Of a stretch of DNA of 64,000 bases, positions 28,901-40,900 are shown piece after piece. The position numbers were made by a program, and so were the translations under genes. The DNA lies in the NCBI GenBank assembly GCA_024679065.1, contig JAGIQG010000008.1:86242001-86306000 (forward strand), read 5' to 3'. The DNA comes from Sphyrna mokarran (Eukaryota). The notes under the pieces were generated by a model. It had not been told where the DNA came from. It did not search any database and was given only the letters and a program-made list of their open reading frames with translations. Every line of letters begins with the position of its first letter. Within the stretch, counting starts at the first letter, position 1.

Positions 28901-31900
28901 ACAATGAGGCTCTCACCCTTAGTGAGGTGGCAATCTCATTACATCATCGGTAAAGGGGCATGAAAAATGAGGAAACATGATTTCGCTGGCAAGAATCGCA
29001 TTTCCCAATTCTCAAGGGATTTTGCGCCCATGTCACTGTTCTTGCTGACGGTGAAACCCACAGGTGGGTATGCACTGCAGCAGGACTGAAGAGTCCCATC
29101 ACTATGAATGACTGGAGAACTCTGGCCATGATTTTTCTTTTCAGTCCTTCGCAACATTTTTGAGAAGGTTCTATATAAATCAAGGGTTTTTTTTTTAAAC
29201 GCAGCACAAATTTGTGATACCTGCTGAGCTTTATTGCTAGATCTTGTATTTTACAATAATTCATGTAAGAAAACCTTAATACAAGATGCATTGCAACAAC
29301 ATATGTTGAAGTAAGTTAGCTTAGAAATGTTCACAATGATATTTTGCAGTCTTGACTTATCAGCAGTAAGGTTTTTTGTACCCAAGAAGTACAAGAGATT
29401 GAGATTCCTATGTGGTCAATTAAGAACTGTTGCGTAATTTTCCTATTTCAAGCCCTGATCAGACAAGAAAAATAGATGCTTACCTTCCTCTGAATTTTTT
29501 AGACAATCTTCTGATGGAAAATCCTGCAGAACGCACTCAACACAGGAAACCTCAGAGGGAGCAGTGGAGAAAATCTGAACAGAAGCCATATCTTTTTTGA
29601 CAGTACTAGCTACTATATTCTGGTATGTAAAGAGGTCAAATGTCCTAAAAATTCTTTGAAAAGCTATAATAAATGACTAAGATAAGTCAGTAAGGGAACA
29701 GGGTGCAAGGGGATAGAATAAATAAGATAAGTTGGTAGAGGGTAGGGTGGGTTAGTGGGTGAGAGTGTAGGGAGTGAGAGGGTAGAATGGATAACGTAGG
29801 TGGGTGAGAGGGTAAGGTGGGTGAAGAGATAGGATGGGTAAGATAAGTAGGTGAGGGGCTAGGTGGGTGAGGTAAAAGGTAAGATAAGTAAGGCAATGGG
29901 GTGGCAACTAGGTTGGCGGGTGAAAAGGTAAGGTGGGTGAAGAGATAGGATGGGTAAGGTAAGTAGGTGATTCGATGGCCGAGATATAAGTAAGGGAATA
30001 GGACGGCAACTGGATAGGATGGTTGATAGGTGGTGAGGCTGGGTCAGGTTGGGACGGGGGTTGTCGGGAGGGTGTAGTCAGAGGATTGACAGGAGAGCTA
30101 GCCAGATCAGGTCAAGGACAGTTACGTGAGTCAGTTTAAGTGATTGAGGGTTGAGTTCTGTAGTTACCTGGGGGTTCAATTACGTTTAATATGTCTAACA
30201 TTTCCTGGTTAATCTAGGTAATACATTTTAAATGTCTGAAATCTTCAACTATAATTCAGAGTTTGAGACTTTCTTTAAGGGTACCAGGAAGCAGGGGAAT
30301 TATCCATCAGAAGTTCAAATTTCCTGGACAATTCCCATGGAATCAGGATTTCTGAGAGGTTCCATCATGTACTTTGGGGCGTACTTCTGGTCTCAAACTT
30401 TCTTTAGACAGTAAGATCTGAGCGTATTGGGCCTCATTATAATCACCTGGGTCTGTTCTCAGGGTTTATCCGAGGCATGTGACATGCACAGAGCAGAGGA
30501 ATCTTTAGTCCGCATTTATGTTGAATCTGATGCTCACATTGATCTGAACTGGGAAAAATTCCATTCCTCAGCGCGTCTGGTCCACCTGATGAACATAAGT
30601 AACCTAGAATATAAGTAAACCTCTTGTTTTGCATTTTTCTTTTGTTTCTCTGTCCTATGACTTATAATTTACTCTTTTTACTCTATAATCTATTCTACCT
30701 ACCTTAGATTTTTATTTTTAAATCTAAATTGTTTATTTAGCAATAGTCTGGGATCTTCTGTCCTCACCATTGAATAACTCTGAACCAGTTAGATTTAATT
30801 TATCTAAAATATTGATTCCAAAGTTCTGTTTTTCCAACCACTGATATGAAACATCGCAAGAGTCACATGCTCATGACTTTAATGTAAGACAGTCAATCTT
30901 TGACAATTTTTTCCAAATCTAAATAGGAAAACACTACTGACTGGGGAGTGTATTTGTTATTGACTCCCAGAAAAGAAGCACTCACAATCTGGCACGCTGA
31001 AGAACAAAACAACAATAATGTACAGGAACAGGCTTTCGGCCCACTAAGCCCGCGCCAATCACTTTGTTCTATCTAGACCAAATGACTATATCCTTTTATT
31101 TGCTGCCTGTTCATGTGTCCGTTCAGACAACTGTAACCTCAACAACCTCACTTGTCAATATGTTACAGTACCCACTCCCCTCAGTGTGAAAGACTTCCCC
31201 CATACATCTCTACTGAACCTCCCCACTCATACTCCTCCCTCCCTTCCCCCCACTTTACCTTGAACTTATTCCCCCTTGTAATTGTCATTTCTGCCCTGGG
31301 AAAAAGCTTCCAATTATTCACCTTATCCATGGCCCTCATAATTCTATACACTTCTGTCGGGTTGCCCCTCAGCCTCTGTCTTTCCAGGGAGAATAATCCC
31401 GGTTTATTCAATCTCTCTTCACAACTAATATCTTCCATATCAGGCAACATCCTGGTAAACTTTTCTGTACTCCCTCCACACCCTTCATGTTCATCTGTCA
31501 GCGTGGCAACCAGAATTGGACACAGCATTCCAAATGCAGCCTAACTGATGTTTCATATGACTGTAACATAAGTTGCCAATTTTTATACTCAATGCCCAGT
31601 CGATGAAAGCAAGCATGCCTTAAAGGTTAAATATTCCCAAAAGACTAATTTTTCAAAAACCATTTGTTTACATCATTTGCGTAGGGGCACAGTTGTTGCA
31701 TTGCATTCCTTCTTCATTATGATTTCATTGCAATTATTAATAATTGTTTGACCTTCCAAAACTCTATTTATTTGGCATACTCAGTCTGTCAAAACCACTG
31801 GCTCATGCTGAGCATATTGAACTGTAAGTGTTTGACCATTAAATGGGATTCTTAAAGTGACATTATACACCAAAACCACCGACAAAGAACTTCACATTTT

Positions 31901-34900
31901 GTTGATTATAAAAAGTGAAGTCTATGAAATTCCAAATGTTTGGCCTGGTCTATTTCAAACGTATTACTCTATTTATCATGATGAGAGAAAACTAACATTA
32001 ATGTTTGTGAGCAAAAACAGCACTAATTTCTTGCAAGAATTGACACTTAAATTAAGATGTGCCGATATTCTGAATACTCATTTGTGAATCCTTCTTAGCT
32101 TCTTAGAGGCTACCTGATCTTGCAGGCCATCTACTTACCATTCAAATTAAAATCAGAAGCAACTTATTGAAAGAACACTAAAAATAATAAAATGCAAGAA
32201 ATTACTCATAAGTGGAAAATTGAAAAATAGAATCATTTTGAATATTCATTATTATTATAGCACAAGTACAGAAGCTCATCTCCATTACATATTAATGCCA
32301 CAAGAATTGACATGCTTTTCAGATTGTTCTGAATGAATTATTTGATAACTTGAAGTATTTCTGCAATAAAAAAATGTATTTAAAAAATAATTTAAGAATA
32401 TACAGAATTAATTGGTGGCTGTGATACTACTGTGTTACAAGGAATCCATGCTTCATGCACCCACGACTATTTATCAAACCCTAACTCATTATTGCGAGCT
32501 ATTCAAGGAAATTCCAAAATAATTATGCTTCCAAACAAGAGGAAAGGAGCAATCAACAGTTCACCTTAGGCATGACTTGTGCACGACTTAATCAAGAGGA
32601 ATATTGGTATAGGTATGTAACCAGTTGTTTACATACGGGCTTAGTAAACAAATGCAAAGTTTGGTCAGATCAGATACTCAACCCCAGATGTCACATTTGA
32701 CCTGTAACCTATGCCAAATTAGTTGTCAAAGTGATGGTGATTTGCCTTCAATAAAAATGAAAAAAAAACTAACTAGGATTTCTACAGCTGATTACTTTCC
32801 AATAAAATTACTAGATTGCAGAAATGGGCATTTCTAATGAGAAGATCATTCCATGTCATTATGCCACCATAGTCAATTGGTCTGTTTCTGTTGTAACATA
32901 AACTAATCATAGAATCCTACAGTGCAGAAAGAGGCCCTTTGGCCCATTGAATCTGCACTGAACACAATCCCACCCAGGCCGTACCCCTATATCCCTACAT
33001 ATTTTATCCACTAATCCCTCTAACCTATGCATCCCTGGACACCAAGGGGCAATTTCAAATAAGTTAAGGGACATCAGCATGACAGTAGTAGTAGGGAAAT
33101 ATGGCATGTGACCCAATCTTAGCTTCACTTTTGCTTTGGGAAGAACACACATACAAGTCTAATGCCTTCAAGCTTTATATCTATCTATAACTGTTCAAAT
33201 GTTCCTAATCTTAATAAATAAATACACAAGATATTTAATCAATCTTGTATGAGTGTCTTGATAAAGGTTACAACTGAGAGATGAGGTACAAGTAGATACA
33301 AGCCGGGCACTTGATGATCACATTGGATACATTTAGCAGATTGCCTAACCCAGCGAAAACAGAAGATATATCCTTAGATCTTCAACTTGATCTCATTGAC
33401 ATTAAAGTTGAAGATATTCTCCAAATAAGTTTGGTACATTTTACACAAAAAAAATTGCCTAAAGTTACAAGAAGAAATTGCAAAAGATTCTATACTACAG
33501 AAACTGTGGAAAACCATCAGTGAAGGGTGGCCTGATATGATTCAGAGTGTCCATGACCACATAAGACCATTTTGGTCTTATTAGGAAGAGGTAAGCTTCT
33601 CCCCAGAAGTTATTTTTAAAGGTAAACAAGCCATTGTAGCAACTCATCCCTCATAAAGGGTAGATCATATAAGAAGACTCTTAAGTAAGGCAAACCAATG
33701 GCCAGGTACGAATAATGATATTGAAGTCATCGTCAAGAAATGCAAAGCATGTCAAAAGCATATGACAAGTCAGCACGAATCACCACTGATTCCACATAAA
33801 GTTCATGTCCTTCCTTGGATCAAATTCACATCCATTCTCTTTCATATCCATGGCACTGACTTTACTGTCATTATTGACTACTTTACAAATATCCCATTAT
33901 TCAACAATTGCATAGTATGTCAAATACAATTGTTTCACATTCTATAAGTTCTATTTTCAGTTTATTTGGTGTGCTTATAGAGATCATTACGGATAGCAGT
34001 CCACAATTTACTAGTAAGCCATTTCAAGATATGTGTGACAATTGGAAATCAATCATGCTGCTTCTTCTGAATGTCTCTAACTTGGGAGAAGTGAGTGTGC
34101 CATGGCGCCTGAGTGTCCTTGTGCACCAGTCACTGAAGGTAAGAATGCAAGTGCAGCAGATGGTAAAGAAGGCAAATGGCATGTTTGCCTTTATCATGAG
34201 AGGGTTCATGTACAGAATCAGGAATGTGTTGTTGCAATTATGATCCAGAGATGCCGGCTTTGGACTGAGGTAAGTAAGAAGTCACAGTAAGAAGTAAAAA
34301 GAGATACAGTAAGAAGTCTCACAAACCAGGTTGAAGTCCAACAGGTTTATTTGGTAGCAAATGCCACTAGCTTTCAAAGCGCTGCACCTTCATGATGGAG
34401 GAGCAGCACTTTGAAAGATAGTGGTTTTTTCTACCAAATAACCTTGTTGGAATTTAACCTGGGCAACATGGTAGCACAGTCGTTGGCACTGCTGTTTCAC
34501 AGCACCAGGGACCGGGGTTCGATTCCCAGCTTGGGTCACAGTCTGAGCGGAATTTGTACATTCTCTTGTGGGTTTCCTCTGGGTGCTCCAATTTCCTCTC
34601 ACAGTCCAAAGATGTGTGGATTAGGTTGATTGGCTATGCTAAAATTGCCCCTTAGAGTCCTGAGATGCCTAGATTAGTTGATAAATGTAAAGGGATATGG
34701 GGGTAGGATCTGGGTGGGATTGTGGTCGGTGCAGACTCGATGAGGCCAGATGGCTTCTTCTAACACTGTAGAATTTTTATAATTCTAAGATGTTGTGAGA
34801 TTTCTTATTGTTGTTGCAATTATACAGGCCTTGATGAGGCCACATCTAGAATATTGTGTGCAGTTTTGGTTTCCTTTGCTGAGGCAGGATGTTCTTGATC

Positions 34901-37900
34901 TTGAGGGAGTGCAGCGAAGGCTTACCAGACTGATTCCAGGGATGGTGGGACTAATGTATGAGGAGAGCTTGACTAGATTAAGACTGTTTTCACTGGAGTT
35001 CAAATAAATGAGGAGGGATCTCATAGACACTTATAAAATTCTAACAGGACTAGATAGGGTAGATGGAGGAGGATATTCCCAATGGTGGGGGAATCCAGAA
35101 CCAGAGGTCACAGTTGGAGGATTCAGTGTAGATCCATTTAGGATGGAAGTGAGGAGACATTCCTTCATCAAAAGAGTGGTGAGCCTGTGGAATTCATTAC
35201 CACAGGAAGTAGTTGATGTCAAAACATTCAAGTGGCAGCTGGATATAGAACTTGTGATGAATGGGATCAAAGATCATGGAGGAAAAGCAAGATTATACTA
35301 TTGAGTTGGAAAAACCAAAGTAAAATAATTCCTGGTCCTAAACCTCCAGAATTCACTAAAAGTAGGATGGTAGGCCTACTTCTCATGCTTCAAGAGAGGT
35401 TGACATTCTAAAAGCTATAACTATTTATTTACATGTTCATGTTTAGCTTTTGCACAAGTGGATGTAACAGATGCATCTTTCATCTTTCATGAAACTTTCC
35501 TCGGGTGATGTAACTGTTACTAGGGGGTATAACTATAAAGTTCAAGATGGGAGATATAAGAGGGATGTCCGAGGTAGATTCTTTATTCAGAGAGTGGTTG
35601 CGGCGTAGAATGGACTGCCTGCTGTGATGGTGGAGTCGGACACTTTAGGAATTTTCAAGAGGTTATTGGATAGGCACATGGAGCACACCAAAATGATAGG
35701 GAATGGGATAGCTTGATCTAGGTTTCAGACAAAGCTAGCGCAACATTGAGGGCCAAAGGGCCTATACTGTGCTGTACTGTTCTAGGTTCTATGTTCTATG
35801 CAATGGCAGAGCAGGCTCAAAGGGCCAAATGGCCTCCTATCTTCTATGTTCCTATGTTTCTCTTCATGTCCCCAGATCTAACAACCTGACTGAATGAATG
35901 AATCATGCAGTGAAATCTCTAACTTTCAAATGTAGACAGACCAAGCAAGGTCTATATATTGTAATGTTACATCCAAGTGTGACAACTTTACATGCAACTT
36001 GTCTGTCACCAGCGGAGCTCATGTTTGACAGACAAGTACTTTACATATTTTTACCCATTCTACTCTCTCAGAAACTAGACAGCAGCTTTTAAAACTAAGA
36101 GAGAAGATGACCAATGTGCAAGATAAAACTGCAGATACAGAATTGTCAAAATTGCAGTTGGAACAGTAAGGATGCATCCAGGATCCCACAGAAAGCTGAT
36201 GGAAATTAGCCAAGGTGACAAAAATGTGTTCAGAACCAAGGTCCTATGAAAGGACTAGGTACAAAGGCACAATGGTGAGGTATAATTGAGGACGAACCAG
36301 ATCCATTCCAGTTCCTCAACCACAATGCAGATTGACTTCATCTAAGATATTATATAACCAGGAACATCCAAAAATGACAAGCCCATAAATTGCTCTGAGC
36401 AATTAAAAAAACCTTCAGATAAGGTTACCATTGCAAGATCTTGGCATATGAGCAGTTTATCTTTACACTTTAAAGACTCATAGATTCATCTGTTACATAC
36501 ACTTATGCAAAAGCTAAACATGAACATGTAAATAAATAGTTATACCTTTTAGAATGTCAGCCCCTTTTGTAGCATGTTGGCCTACCATCCTACTTCTGGT
36601 GAATTGTGGAGGTTTAGGACCAAGATTTACTTTACTTTAGTGTTCCACCAACACAAATTCATTTTTTTTGAGGAAGCCAAAGCAGGCAGCAAGAACAGAA
36701 CTGATTGGTAAACAAAAGTTTATAAGGGGTAAGATAAACTTGTGCTGGCTGGAGGATAGAAAGTTGCCTAGGTAAGCATTGGAATATCTGAGTGTGAAGA
36801 TAAGAAAAAAGGGCTTCAACAGGAGGAAGTAGAATTTTAGAATCTCAGTGTTTTATGCAGAGCAAACATTTGTCATCTGAAACCCCCATCAGTGTGTATA
36901 TGTGTAGACAAATTAGAAAATCATGCACAAAATTCAAACCAGCAAGGTTTAACCTTAAAAATTCTGTGTCAGCTTTGTTCAAATTCTACTTAAACGATAT
37001 TGTCAGAAGTGACTTCTATTGCATAGATTAATAAAGATTAACAAAAACTCATCATTGCAAATTTACAGACATAAACAAAAAACTTTATCCAAGTGTTATT
37101 TGTATTGATGTTTATTAGAAGTTTAACTTACCAACCTATTATCAGAGAATGTTAATGACAGTGGTATGTATTAGTAGGAAATGAATGTTACTATCTAGTG
37201 TTAAGGGAAATTGTAACCAAACTCTCACTTATGTTCAAATTCTTGAATTATGGACAAAGCAAGTGTAACACAATCCATGCCCAATTGTAGTCCAATTTCA
37301 ATTTGGGTCTAATCACCAGTATTGATACCTTATCTGCATGTGCAGGATAGATAATGCCTGTTTTTAGAAGGTTCCTGTACATATACAAGTTGCTGCCTTC
37401 CAATATGCAATCACAGTTAAAAGATTTTGTTCAACTCTTCCTACAGTTCAGCACACTGCCCATTGGATGAAAATGTGCAGTATGAAATTCTTCAAGATCA
37501 ACTCTGCATATCTCAGCAGTAACTCTTTCATTTCAGTCAGAGGTGATAGGCTCAAGTCCCATGTAAATGACCTGAGTGCATAATCCAATTTGACTCTTCA
37601 AAGCAGTATTGTGAGAGTGCTTCAATGTCAGAGGTGCCTTTAAGTTGAGACTTTAAACAGATCCTTTCTGCCTCAGTAGCTAAAACATCACATGACATTT
37701 ATTGCTCAATGAATATCATTAAAATACAAATTATTTTTTCAATTGTTATATTCCTCAGTTCCCCATTTCTGGGGTCTTGCTTTGGATAAAATTGTCTACT
37801 GAACTTCCCCATGTTCCAACAGTGACTACACTTTAAAAAGCAAATAATTGGGGTAGTAAAGCACTCTCTGATGTCCTGGAGATATGAAAGACAGAGTATT

Positions 37901-40900
37901 GTTGTAAGTTCTTTTCTTGCATTTATTCATATATTGTACAATCAGGTCCCAGGTATTGTATTTATTCTATTTTGAGGTAACAGAGGGAAAATCTTATGAG
38001 TTTCTGGCAGTAACTTTTTTATACAGTATAGGAGAAATGTTATTATATTTATGTTTTGCTTACTTACACCGAACTACTGGGAGACTGGTATACAACCCAT
38101 TTTTTCCACTCTCCTCATCTCCCCTCTTTTATCCCATTTCTGCTGTCTTTAAACATACCTTTAGTTCCATTTCTGGTGTATAAATGTCATTTACCTAGCA
38201 ATCCAATTTTTAAATTTGCTTTGTCCCGATTTTCGTATATAGCATACTACATACAAAATAAAGCATTGGACAGTATTATATCTACCTACTGTTTTTGAAT
38301 GGGAGCATATACAAGATAAGCATATGGAAGAAAAAACCCTCAAATACATTTTTGGCATTTGTGTCTATATAGACTGGATAATTGGGCCATCTATTATGTT
38401 GAAATATTCAGTTTTCTCATGCAGCATTCAGCATTGGTGGAGGAGTAGGAAGGTTTTTTATCTAGGCAAAAACCTATGTAATCATTTCTCAAGGGTGGCT
38501 ATGTAGTAACTGTGCTCAATGCCTGGAATATTATGTTTCAGGGCTATGAAGGACTCAAGACACAATTCATTTGTAAAGTAGAAAATACTATCCCAATGTG
38601 ACAAAATGAGATTGTTTAAGAAATAGCACCCAAAGCTGCCAATACCACTACAGTTGTGCATATATCATAAACAGAGACACAAATGGTGTTAAGAAAACAA
38701 TTCCACACACAGCCAACTATTCAGTAATTGTAAAATTAACAAGTATAATCTTGCATTGAACTGCTATGCCAGGCATAACTGGAAAGTCAATGCTCATATA
38801 AATGCTCACCTCTGTGTCTCTGGGAGTGGTGGAGGGAGGAGGGAGGCAATGACTGGTTTTATAAGGGTGTTTGGAACTGTGTTGAACTTTAATATGCGCA
38901 TGGAAGCTATGAAAGATGTGTTGGAAAATTGACTGCTGCTTTCCCAATTTTTATTGTAAGACTAAGGAGACGCTTGTTAATACGCAGCAGTGTAATAAAT
39001 AGTAAAGTTTAGGAGATTTTGATTGTCGGACAAATTATATTCATTTTTGTTGAAAATTTATATCTATTTTTTATTGAAGATGAATACTTAGAACACCATT
39101 GATTATTCTTTAATTACTGCGAAACTGAAAACTTGGATTATCTCAAAACAAAGACTTGTGATAAGAAAACTCAGAAGTCAACTAAAAGGATATATCCATT
39201 CATCCCTGAAACATTCTGAGAGTAGAATTTTAAACATGTTGTTCCACTGCCAGAAATGTGGAATGCATACGGTCAACAAAACCTCTAATGAAAAATGCAA
39301 TATTGAGAAACAATTGTACAATCAATGAAAAGAATTTTAGTGTAAAATAAAAAAAACTGGATGTCTAAATGGACAATTAATATTAGACCACTGCAACAGC
39401 AACATTAAGATGATATCTCAATAAGGTTGAATCACTGGTACAGTACCATTTTGTAATGTGTTTCAGATGAAAAAAGTCAAAATTATGTGATACAATCACT
39501 AATTGAAAGGAAGGAAAATTCCAGGAAAGAAAATTAAGGTTAAGTTTGTCAAGTTAGATTCACTACATTTTCTCTCCATTTTTGGTGGGTAGGATTAATA
39601 GAAATTTAAAGCAAGCTAATTCACCGATTTGTCAAATGAATTTTTTGGAGGGCAGAGGAAGAATGAACTAAACTGGGTCACCTTTCTGCAGTGCTGTCAT
39701 AATACAAAAGTTAGTCTGTCTCAAACTGGCAGGTGGAACACAAACTATCTGCAATAAGAAGCAAAAACCATCGGAGGCCTCTCTTACTGTATCATATTGA
39801 CTAACCATGTGCCAAGCAGACCTGAGAATAAGCACTCATTGCAGGAAGTTCTTGAATTTGTCCAATACTTTTCTTCAATTTCCTATCTAATACATTTACT
39901 GATCAAAAAAAAACTTGTTCTCACTTCAGTAGAGCTGTAATTAATCACATTTCCAAAATCCCTAGGTTTATTTTGCCTTCATTAAAGGATTTTAATTTCA
40001 AAATGATTATTTATTCAGTAATATTTAAACCTTCAACTACTTGAATTACTGTTCATTTTACGGGTACATTAACAAGTAGTCAAATTTTTTTTTTATATTG
40101 TAAATACCTTTGGGACACAAAGTAGTGCAGTGCAGTCTTTGAAATATTTAGCTCAATTAAACACGAACGTCATATGTAAGGATAATGAGCTGGCTAATAG
40201 CGAGCCATCTTTGCCACTGGAAAACACAGCAAGGAGCCTGGAAAATCCTGCCCACAGAATAGATCCACAAAATGTTGGACGGCCACACAAGAAAACTAAG
40301 GTAAAACATGCGAGAGGAAATACTTTCAGAAAGAGTCAAATTGAATTCATGTTGAGATGAGTAGACTGATACAAACATCATGTATGTTGCAACAAAAGAG
40401 CCATGCAGAGAAAGTGTTGAAGATCTATTATTGTGGGTATAATTTCAGGATTTGTTGGCTTCTTACTCTCGTAGAGATCTTGTTGGAGGCAATGGTCTTT
40501 TGTTCAACAGCATTTATTTATATGATAATTGTTTACAAAGTTTAAATATGATGAAGCTACTCTCCAAGATGTTTCACACCGTTTCTCAGTGAGAGACATC
40601 ACTGTGACATCGCTCCATGCGCACATGCTCAATAGCTAGCGTTAGAGTTAACCCTTTACTCTACAAAAGATAAAGGAAAGAGAATAACACAATACAACAC
40701 ATGTGTGTTCAAGAAGAGGGAAGCCAATCACAACAAGAAAACTGTATTTACTAGTGCCTAATGCCATGGGAGTTTAAAGATTAAAGTTTATTTATTATTG
40801 TCACATGTAGGCTTTCATCAACACTACAATGAAGTTACGAAGAAGATCCCTGAGTTGCCATACTCCAGCACCCGTTTGAGTCCACTGAGGGAGAATTTAG

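Larger units (their letters stand above)
34075..35860 (+). mobile_element. CR1 LINE 3' fragment inserted in the Gypsy remnant, itself interrupted twice
   Basis: [24 protein letters not shown] | [18 protein letters not shown]; tail resumes at about 35800 and ends CTATGTTCCTATGTTTC. Confidence 0.88.
33270..36400 (+). mobile_element. Gypsy/Ty3-type LTR retrotransposon pol remnant (RNase H end plus integrase), interrupted at about 34060-35860
   Basis: YKPG...DTFSRLP, WPD...RPFWSY, WPG...IVKKCKACQ (zinc finger), [22 protein letters not shown], then after the interruption PRSN..E and [11 protein letters not shown]; multiple stops and frameshifts. Confidence 0.85.

Noticed and set aside
35314-36641. 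Inverted repeats as TIRs of a 1.3-kb DNA transposon
   Set aside because: The enclosed DNA continues the CR1 and Gypsy elements that begin outside the left repeat.
38717-38947. ORF with an internal GTGAG donor-like site as an alternative OTOG exon
   Set aside because: No similarity to otogelin domains or a signal peptide; a lone donor motif is expected by chance.
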